Assembly (NCBI GenBank): GCA_964016885.1
Contig: OZ024744.1
Span: forward strand, 22,258,001 to 22,322,000
From: Eledone cirrhosa
Taxonomy: Eukaryota
DNA: 64,000 nt
Direction: 5' to 3'
The notes beneath the pieces are model-generated. The model was given only the letters and a program-made list of their open reading frames with translations. It ran no database searches and was not told where the DNA came from. The position numbers were made by a program, and so were the translations under genes. Of the stretch, positions 54,585-64,000 are shown piece by piece (within the stretch, counting starts at the first letter, position 1; each line of letters begins with the position of its first letter).

Positions 54585-57500
54585 TAGAGTGAGATGTTGT
54601 CGTGGTCAGTTAGGTTGACATAGATAACATAGAGTGAGATGTTGTCGTGGTGGTCAGTTTGGTTGACATAGATAACATAGGTGGGATGTTGTCGTGGTGG
54701 TCAGTTACGTTGACATAGATAACATAGGTGAGATGTTGTCGTGGTGGTCAGTTAGGTTGACATAGATAACATAGAGTGAGATGTTGTCGTGGTGGTCAGT
54801 TAGGTTGACATAGATAACATAGAGTGAGATGTTGTCGTGGTGGTCAGATAGGTTGACATAGATAACATAGAGTGAGATGTTGTCGTGGTGGTCAGTTAGG
54901 TTGACATAGATAACATAGGTGGGATGTTGTCATGTTCAGTTAGGTTGCCATAGATAACATAGAGTGAGATGATGTCGTGGTGGTCAGTTAGTTTGACATT
55001 GATAACATAGAGGGAGATGTTTTCGTGGTGGTCTGTTAGGTTGACATAGATAACATAGAGTGGGATATTTTCATGGTCGGTTAGGTTGACATACATAACA
55101 TAGAGTGAGATGTTGTCGTGGTGGTCAGTTAGGTTGACATAGATAACATAGGTGAGATGTCGTGGTGGTCAGTTAGGTTGATATAGATAACATAGAGTGA
55201 GATGTTGTCGTGGTGGTCAGTTAGGTTGACATAGATAACATAGGTGGGCTGTTGTCGAGTTGGTCAGTTAGGTTGACATAGATAACATAGGTGGGATGTT
55301 GTCGTGGTGGTCAGTTAGGTTGACATAGATAACATAGAGTGAGATGTTGTCGTGGTGGTCAGTTAGCTTGACATAGATAACATAGAGTGAGATGTTGTCG
55401 TGGTTGTCAGTTAGGTTGACATAGATAACATAGAGTGAGATGTTGTCGTGGTGGTCAGTTAGGTTGACATAGATAACATAGGTGGGATGTTGTCGTGGTG
55501 GTCAGTTAGGTTGACATAGATAACATAGGTGGGATGTTGTCGTGGTCAGTTTAGTTGACATATATAACATAGGTGGGATGTTGTCGTGGTCAGTTAGGTT
55601 GACATAGATAACATAGAGTGAGATGTTGTCGTGGTGGTCAGTTAGGTTTACATAGATAACATAGGTGGGATGTTGTCGTGGTCAGTTAGGTTGACATAGA
55701 TAACATAGAGTGAGATGTTGTCGTCGTGGTCAGTTAGGCTGACATAGAGAGAATAGAGTGAGATGTTGTCGTGGTCAGTTAGGTTGACATAGATAACATA
55801 GAGTGAGATGTTGTCGTGGTGGTCAGTTTGGTTGACATAGATAACATAGGTGGGATGTTGTCGTGGTGGTCAGTAACGTTGACATAGATAACATAGGTGA
55901 GATGTTGTCGTGGTGGTCAGTTAGGTTGACATAGATAACATAGAGTGAGATGTTGTCGTTGTGGTCAGTTAGGTTGACATAGATAACATAGAGTAAGATG
56001 TTGTCGTGGTGGTCAGATAGCTGGACATAGATAACATAGGTGGGATGTTGTCGTGGTGGTCAGTTAGGTTGACATAGATAACATTGGTGAGATGTTGTCG
56101 TGGTGGTCAGTTAGGTTGACATAGATAACATTGGTGAGATGTTGTCGTGGTGGTCAGTTAGGTTGACACAGATAACATAGGTGGGATGTTGTCGTGGTGG
56201 TCAGTTAGGTTGACATAGATAACATAGAGTGAGATGTTGTCGTGGTGGTCAGGTAGGTTGACATAGATAACATAGGTGGGATGTTGTTGTGGTGGTCAGT
56301 TAGGTTGACATAGATAACATTTGTGTGTTGTTGTAGTGGTGGTCAGTTAGGTTGACATAGATAACATAGAGTGAGATGTTGTCGTGGTGGTCAGTTAGAT
56401 CGACATGGATAACATAGAGTAACATGTTGTCGTGGTGGTCAGTTAGGTTGACATATATAACATAGAGTGAGATGTTGTCGTGGCGGTCAGTTAGGTTGAC
56501 ATAGATAACATAGGTGGGATGTTGTCGTGGTCAGTTAGGTTGACATAGATAACATAGAGTGAGATGTTGTCGTCGTGGTCAGTTAGGCTGACATAGAGAG
56601 CATAGAGTGAGATGTTGTCGTGGTCAGTTAGGTTGACATAGATAACATAGAGTGAGATGTTGTCGTGGTGGTCAGTTTGGTTGACATAGATAACATAGGT
56701 GGGATGTTGTCGTGGTGGTCAGTTACGTTGACATAGATAACATAGGTGAGATGTTGTCGTGGTGGTCAGTTAGGTTGACATAGATAACATAGAGTGAGAT
56801 GTTGTCGTGGTGGTCAGTTAGGTTGACATAGATAACATAGAGTGAGATGTTGTCGTGGTGGTCAGATAGGTTGACATAGATAACATAGAGTGAGATGTTG
56901 TCGTGGTGGTCAGTTAGGTTGACATAGATAACATAGGTGGGATGTTGTCATGTTCAGTTAGGTTGCCATAGATAACATAGAGTGAGATGATGTCGTGGTG
57001 GTCAGTTAGTTTGACATTGATAACATAGAGGGAGATGTTTTCGTGGTGGTCTGTTAGGTTGACATAGATAACATAGAGTGGGATATTTTCATGGTCGGTT
57101 AGGTTGACATACATAACATAGAGTGAGATGTTGTCGTGGTGGTCAGTTAGGTTGACATAGATAACATAGGTGAGATGTCGTGGTGGTCAGTTAGGTTGAT
57201 ATAGATAACATAGAGTGAGATGTTGTCGTGGTGGTCAGTTAGGTTGACATAGATAACATAGGTGGGCTGTTGTCGAGTTGGTCAGTTAGGTTGACATAGA
57301 TAACATAGGTGGGATGTTGTCGTGGTGGTCAGTTAGGTTGACATAGATAACATAGAGTGAGATGTTGTCGTGGTGGTCAGTTAGCTTGACATAGATAACA
57401 TAGAGTGAGATGTTGTCGTGGTTGTCAGTTAGGTTGACATAGATAACATAGAGTGAGATGTTGTCGTGGTGGTCAGTTAGGTTGACATAGATAACATAGG

Positions 57501-58695
57501 TGGGATGTTGTCGTGGTGGTCAGTTAGGTTGACATAGATAACATAGGTGGGATGTTGTCGTGGTCAGTTTAGTTGACATATATAACATAGGTGGGATGTT
57601 GTCGTGGTCAGTTAGGTTGACATAGATAACATAGAGTGAGATGTTGTCGTGGTGGTCAGTTAGGTTTACATAGATAACATAGGTGGGATGTTGTCGTGGT
57701 CAGTTAGGTTGACATAGATAACATAGAGTGAGATGTTGTCGTCGTGGTCAGTTAGGCTGACATAGAGAGAATAGAGTGAGATGTTGTCGTGGTCAGTTAG
57801 GTTGACATAGATAACATAGAGTGAGATGTTGTCGTGGTGGTCAGTTTGGTTGACATAGATAACATAGGTGGGATGTTGTCGTGGTGGTCAGTAACGTTGA
57901 CATAGATAACATAGGTGAGATGTTGTCGTGGTGGTCAGTTAGGTTGACATAGATAACATAGAGTGAGATGTTGTCGTTGTGGTCAGTTAGGTTGACATAG
58001 ATAACATAGAGTAAGATGTTGTCGTGGTGGTCAGATAGCTGGACATAGATAACATAGGTGGGATGTTGTCGTGGTGGTCAGTTAGGTTGAGATAGATAAC
58101 ATTGGTGAGATGTTGTCGTGGTGGTCAGTTAGGTTGACATAGATAACATTGGTGAGATGTTGTCGTGGTGGTCAGTTAGGTTGACACAGATAACATAGGT
58201 GGGATGTTGTCGTGGTGGTCAGTTAGGTTGACATAGATAACATAGAGTGAGATGTTGTCGTGGTGATCAGGTAGGTTGACATAGATAACATAGGTGGGAT
58301 GTTGTTGTGGTGGTCAGTTAGGTTGACATAGATAACATTTGTGTGTTGTTGTAGTGGTGGTCAGTTAGGTTGACATAGATAACATAGAGTGAGATGTTGT
58401 CGTGGTGGTCAGTTAGATCGACATGGATAACATAGAGTAACATGTTGTCGTGGTGGTCAGTTAGGTTGACATATATAACATAGAGTGAGATGTTGTCGTG
58501 GCGGTCAGTTAGGTTGACATAGATAACATAGGTGGGATGTTGTCGTGGTCAGTTAGGTTGACATAGATAACATAGAGTGAGATGTTGTCGTCGTGGTCAG
58601 TTAGGCTGACATAGAGAGCATAGAGTGAGATGTTGTCGTGGTCAGTTAGGTTGACATAGATAACATAGAGTGAGATGTTGTCGTGGTGGTCAGTT
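54585..58695 (+). repeat. 2,018-bp tandem duplication
   Basis: The ORF segment (54896/56914), the 3-bp-deleted GGTGAGATGTCG (55151/57169), CAGTAACG (55871/57889) and TGGCGG (56481/58499) are all 2018 apart. Confidence 0.85.
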
Positions 58696-61600
58696 AGTTT
58701 GCCATAGATAACATAGGTGGGATTTGTCGTGGTGGTCAGTTACGTTGACATAGATAACATAGGTGAGATGTTGTCGTGGTGGTCAGTTAGGTTGACATAG
58801 ATAACATAGAGTGAGATGTTGTCGTTGTGGTCAGTTAGGTTGCCATAGATAACAAAGAGTAAGATGTTGTCGTGGTGGTCAGATAGCTGGACATAGATAA
58901 CATAGGTGGAATGTTGTCGTGGTGGTCAGTTAGGTTTACATAGATAACATAGGTGGGATGTTGTCGTGGTGGTCAGTTAGGTTGACATAGATAACATAGA
59001 GTGAGATGTTGTCGTGGTGGTCAATTAGGTTTACATAGATAACATAGGTGGTATGTTGGGGTGGTGGTCAGTTAGGTTGACATAGATAACATAGAGTGAG
59101 ATGTTTTCGTGGTGGTCAGTTAGGTTGACATAGATAACATAGAGTGAGATGTTGTCGTGGTGGTCAGTTAGGTTGACATAGATAACATAGAGTGAGATGT
59201 TGTCGTGGTCAGTTAGGTTGACATAGATAACATAGGTGGGATGTTGTCGTGGTCAGTTAGGTTGACATAGATAACATAGGTGGGATGTTGTCGTGGTGGT
59301 CAGTTAGGTTGACATAGATAACATAGGTGGGATGTTGTCGGGGTGGTCAGTTAGGTTGACATAGATAACATAGAGTGAGATGTTGTCGTGGTGGTCGGTT
59401 AGGTTGACATAGATAACATAGGTGGGATGTTGTCGTGGTGGTCAGTTAGGTTGGCATAGATACCATAGAGTGAGATGTTGTCGTGGTGGTCAGTTAGGTT
59501 GACATAGATAACATAGAGTGAGATGATATCGTGGTGGTCAGTTAGGTTGACATAGATAACATAGGTGGGATGTTGACATGGTCATTTAGGTTGACATAGA
59601 TAACATAGAGTGAGATGTTGTCGTGGTGGTCAGTTAGATCGACATGGATAACATAGAGTGACATGTTGTCGTGGTGGTCAGTTAGGTTGACATATATAAC
59701 ATAGAGTGAGATGTTTTCGTGGTGGTCAGTTAGGTTGACATAGATAACATAGGTTGCATGTTGTCGTGGTGGTCAGATAGGTTGACATAGATAACATAGA
59801 GTGAGATGTTGTCATGGTGGTCAGTTAGCTTGACATAGATAACATAGAGTGAGGTGTTGTCGTGGTGGTCAGTTAGGTCGACATAGATAACATAGAGTGA
59901 GATGTTGTCGTGGTGGTCAGTTAGGTTGACATAGATAACATAGAGTGAGATGTTGTCGTGGTGGTCAGTTAGTTTGACATAGATAACATAGAGTGAGATG
60001 TTGTCGTGGTGGTCAGATAGGTTGACATAGATAACATAGAGTGAGATGTTGTCGTGGTGGTCAGTTAGGTTGACATAGATAACATAGGTGGGATGTTGTC
60101 ATGGTCAGTTAGGTTGCCATAGATAACATAGAGTGAGATGATGTCGTGGTGGTCAGTTAGTTTGACATTGATAACATAGAGTGAGATGTTGTCGTGGTGG
60201 TCAGTTAGGTTGACATAGATAACATAGAATGGGATGTTTTCGTGGTCGGTTAGGTTGACATACATAACATAGAGTGAGATGTTGTCGTGGTGGTCAGTTA
60301 GCTTGACATAGATAAGATAGGTGAGATGTTGTCGTGGTGGTCAGTTAGGTTGATATAGGTAACATAGAGTGAGATGTTGTCGTGGTGGTCAGTTAGGTTG
60401 ACATAGATAACATAGGTGGGCTGTTGTCGAGTTGGTCAGTTAGGTTGACATAGATGACATAGGTGGGATGTTGTCGTGGTGGTCAGTTAGGTTGACATAG
60501 ATAACATAGAGTGAGATGTTGTCGTGGTGGTCAGTTAGCTTGACATAGATAACATAGAGTGAGATGTTGTCGTGGTTGTCAGTTAGGTTGACATAGATAA
60601 CATAGAGTGAGATGTTGTCGTGGTGGTCAGTTAGGTTGACATAGATAACATAGGTGGGATGTTGTCGTGGTGGTCAGTTAGGTTGACATAGATAACATAG
60701 GTGGGATGTTGTCGTGGTCAGTTAGGTTGACATAGATAACATAGAGTGAGATGTTGTCGTCGTGGTCAGTTAGGCTGACATAGAGAGCATAGAGTGAGAT
60801 GTTGTCGTGGTCAGTTACGTTGACATAGATAACATAGAGTGAGATGTTGTCGTGGTGGTCAGTTTGGTTGACATAGATAACATAGGTGGGATGTTGTCGT
60901 GGTGGTCAGTTACGTTGACATAGATAACATAGGTGAGATGTTGTCGTGGTGGTCAGTTAGGTTGACATAGATAACACAGAGTGAGATGTTGTCGTTGTGG
61001 TCAGTTAGGTTGACATAGATAACATAGAGTAAGATGTTGTCGTGGTGGTCAGATAGCTGGACATAGATAACATAGGTGGGATGTTGTCGTGGTGGTCAGT
61101 TAGGTTTACATAGATAACATACAGTGAGATGTTGACGTGGTGGTCTTTTAGGTTGACATAGATAACATAGGTGGGATGTTGTCGTGGTGGTCAGTTAGGT
61201 TGACATAGATAACATAGGTGAGATGTTGTCGTGGTGGTCAGTTAGGTTGACATAGATAACATAGAGTGAGATGTTGTCGTGGTGGTCAGTTAGGTTGACA
61301 TAGATAACATAGGTGGGATGTTGTCGTGGTGGTCAGTTAGTTTGACATAGATAACATTGGTGAGATGTTGTCGTGGTGGTCAGTTAGGTTGACATAGATA
61401 ACATTGGTTAGATGTTGTCGTGGTGGTCAGTTAGGTTGACACAGATAACATAGGTGGGATGTTGTCGTGGTGATCAGTTAGGTTGACATAGATAACATAG
61501 AGTGAGATGTTGTCGTGGTGGTCAGGTAGGTTGACATAGATAACATAGGTGGGATGTTGTTGTGGTGGTCAGGTAGGTTGACATAGATAACATTGGTGTG

Positions 61601-62189
61601 TTGTTGTAGTGGTGGTCAGTTAGGTTGACATAGATAACATTTGTGAGATGTTGTCATGGTGGTCAGTTAGGTTGACACAGATAACATAGGTGGGATGTTG
61701 TCGTGGTGGTCAGTTAGGTTGACATAGATAACATAGAGTGAGATGTTGTCGTGGTGGTCAGTTAGGTTGACATAGATAACATAGAGTGAGATGTTGTCGT
61801 GGTGGTCAGTTAGGTTGACATAGATAACATAGAGTGAGATGTTGTCGTGGTCAGTTAGGTTGACATAGATAACATAGGTGGGATGTTGACATGGTCATTT
61901 AGGTTGACATAGATAACATAGAGTGAGATGTTGTCGTGGTGGTCAGTTAGATCGACATGGATAACATAGAGTGACATGTTGTCGTGGTGGTCAGTTAGGT
62001 TGACATATATAACATAGAGTGAGATGTTTTCGTGGTGGTCAGTTAGGTTGATATAGATAACATAGAGTGAGATGTTGTCGTGGTGGTCAGTTACGTTGAC
62101 ATAGATAACATAGGTTGGATGTTGTCGTGGTGGTCAGTTAGGTTGACATAGATAACATAGAGTGAGATGTTGTCGTGGTGGTCTGTTAG

Positions 62190-64000
62190 GTTGACATAGA
62201 TAACATAGAGTGAGATGTTGTCGTGGTGGTCAGATAGGTTGACATAGATAACATAGAGTGAGATGTTGTCGTGGTGGTCAGTTAGGTTGACATAGATAAC
62301 ATAGGTGGGATGTTGTCATGTTCAGTTAGGTTGCCATAGATAACATAGAGTGAGATGATGTCGTGGTGGTCAGTTAGTTTGACATTGATAACATAGAGTG
62401 AGATGTTGTCGTGGTGGTCAGTTAGGTTGACATAGATAACATAGAGTGGGATGTTTTCGTGGTCGGTTAGGTTGACATACATAACATAGAGTGAGATGTT
62501 GTCGTGGTGGTCAGTTAGGTTGACATAGATAACATAGGTGAGATGTTGTCGTGGTGGTCAGTTAGGTTGATATAGATAACATAGAGTGAGATGTTGTCGT
62601 GGTGGTCAGTTAGGTTGACATAGATAACATAGGTGGGCTGTTGTCGAGTTGGTCAGTTAGGTTGACATAGATAACATAGAGTGAGATGTTGTCGTGGTGG
62701 TCAGTTAGCTTGACATAGATAACATAGAGTGAGATCTTGTCGTGGTTGTCAGTTAGGTTGACATAGATAACATAGAGTGAGATGTTGTCGTGGTGGTCAG
62801 TTAGCTTGACATAGATAACATAGAGTGAGATGTTGTCGTGGTTGTCAGTTAGGTTGACATAGATAACATAGAGTGAGATGTTGTCGTGGTGGTCAGTTAG
62901 GTTGACATAGATAACATAGGTGGGATGTTGTCGTGGTGGTCAGTTAGGTTGACATAGATAACATAGGTGGGATGTTGTCGTGGTCAGTTTAGTTGACGTA
63001 TATAACATAGGTGGGATGTTGTCGTGGTCAGTTAGGTTGACATAGATAACATAGAGTGAGATGTTGTCGTGGTGGTCAGTTAGGTTTACATAGATAACAT
63101 AGGTGGGATGTTGTCGTGGTCAGTTAGGTTGACATAGATAACATAGAGTGAGATGTTGTCGTCGTGGTCAGTTAGGCTGACATAGAGAGAATAGAGTGAG
63201 ATGTTGTCGTGGTCAGTTAGGTTGACATAGATAACATAGAGTGAGATGTTGTCGTGGTGGTCAGTTTGGTTGACATAGATAACATAGGTGGGATGTTGTC
63301 GTGGTGGTCAGTTACGTTGACATAGATAACATAGGTGAGATGTTGTCGTGGTGGTCAGTTAGGTTGACATAGATAACAGAGTGAGATGTTGTCGTGGTGG
63401 TCAGTTAGGTTGACATAGATAACATAGAGTGAGATGTTGTCGTGTTGGTCAGATAGGTTGACATAGATAACATAGAGTGAGATGTTGCCGTGGTGGTCAG
63501 TTAGGTTGACATAGATAACATAGGTGGGATGTTGTCATGTTCAGTTAGGTTGCCATAGATAACATAGAGTGAGATGATGTCGTGGTGGTCAGTTAGTTTG
63601 ACATTGATAACATAGAGTGAGATGTTGTCGTGGTGGTCAGTTAGGTTGACATAGATAACATAGAGTGGGATGTTTTCGTGGTCGGTTAGGTTGACATACA
63701 TAACATAGAGTGAGATGTTGTCGTGGTGGTCAGTTAGGTTGACATAGATAACATAGGTGAGATGTTGTCGTGGTGGTCAGTTAGGTTGATATAGATAACA
63801 TAGAGTGAGATGTTGTCGTGGTGGTCAGTTAGGTTGACATAGATAACATAGGTGGGCTGTTGTCGAGTTGGTCAGTTAGGTTGACATAGATAACATAGGT
63901 GGGATGTTGTCGTGGTGGTCAGTTAGGTTGACATTGATAACATAGAGTGAGATGTTGTCGTGGTGGTCAGTTAGGTTGACATAGATAACATAGAGTGAGA
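62190..64000 (+). repeat. Repeat with 1,219-bp offset, running off the window end
   Basis: The variant segment containing GTCATGTTCAG gives identical ORF translations at 62282 and 63501, and the GGGCTGTTGTCGAG monomer follows in both copies. Confidence 0.65.

Larger units (their letters stand above)
1..64000 (+). repeat. Tandem satellite/minisatellite array of 47-48 bp monomers (about 1,350 copies), continuing past both window edges
   Basis: The core GGTCAGTTAGGTTGACATAGATAACATA recurs every 44-48 bp in one orientation from start to end. The 48-mer is GAGTGAGATGTTGTCGTGGTGGTCAGTTAGGTTGACATAGATAACATA, and the 47-mers start GGTGGG or GGTGAG. The copy number is 64000 divided by about 47.3. Confidence 0.99.
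27000..64000 (+). repeat. Right satellite domain, longer HORs (marker spacing 1.2-3.8 kb) with additional diagnostic monomers
   Basis: Variants first seen after about 27 kb are GTTGACATGGTCATTTA (27731), TAGATCGAC (27794), GAATGGG, GACATACATAAC, GATAAGATA and GGGCTGTTGTCGAGTTGG. All 15 copies of the ORF-bearing segment lie here. Confidence 0.85.

Noticed and set aside
28272-63701. Fifteen 66-aa minus-strand ORFs (MYVNLTDHENIP...) as a multicopy gene family
   Set aside because: Each is about four satellite monomers read in the single stop-free frame. The ATG comes from one substitution (GACATAGATAAC to GACATACATAAC), and the ORF ends after a 44-bp unit shifts the frame. There is no unique flank, ribosome-binding context or recognisable domain.
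1-64000. CRISPR array (regular, partly palindromic repeats)
   Set aside because: There are no unique spacers. The variable part is only 7-8 nt with a few recurring alleles, and there is no leader or cas gene in the window.
1-64000. Array of sigma70 promoters (TTGACA in nearly every unit)
   Set aside because: The hexamer about 17 bp downstream is GATGTT or similar, a poor match to TATAAT. There are no genes to drive and nothing indicates a bacterial context.
1-64000. Canonical telomerase-made telomere tract
   Set aside because: TTAGG is never tandem, the 47-48 bp unit is longer than typical telomerase templates, and kb-scale inherited variant patterns point to recombinational amplification.
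1-64000. Chi site (GCTGGTGG) or G-quadruplex array
   Set aside because: The unit has CGTGGTGG, which is not an exact Chi site. G runs are mostly GG with at most one or two GGG runs per unit, so canonical three-tier quadruplex motifs are not evident.
1-64000. Pure sequencing or rolling-circle amplification artefact
   Set aside because: Variants are shared in nested, hierarchical patterns with many different periods, unlike random errors on a single template. Individual duplicate blocks could still be assembly errors.
1-64000. Embedded transposon, tRNA/rRNA gene or inverted block
   Set aside because: I saw no non-satellite segment and no reverse-complement monomer (TATGTTATCTATGTCAACC) while reading through the + strand.

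Overview
The whole 64-kb window is one uninterrupted head-to-tail tandem array of about 1,350 monomers of 47-48 bp. The + strand consensus is GAGTGAG (or GGTGGG/GGTGAG) ATGTTGTCGTGGTGGTCAGTTAGGTTGACATAGATAACATA, and 44/45-bp variants lack one GTG. I see no unique sequence, inversion, gene, RNA gene, transposon or CRISPR spacer. The 15 listed 66-aa ORFs are copies of one satellite segment in which a point variant created an ATG in the monomer's only stop-free frame. The array most resembles eukaryotic satellite DNA, but the organism cannot be identified from the sequence. The structure worth noting is internal: (i) a dyad-symmetric monomer whose main variable segment sits in a hairpin loop; (ii) strong G/C strand skew with one TTAGG per unit; (iii) a conserved order of variant monomers forming higher-order repeats (HORs); (iv) two domains meeting near 27 kb; (v) a hierarchy of nested 1-5 kb duplications, some with breakpoints resolvable to a few bases; and (vi) a layered pattern in which the youngest variants lie in the middle of the right domain. 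All offsets were counted by hand from diagnostic variants, so block ends are approximate. I found no evidence for a new protein-coding system.
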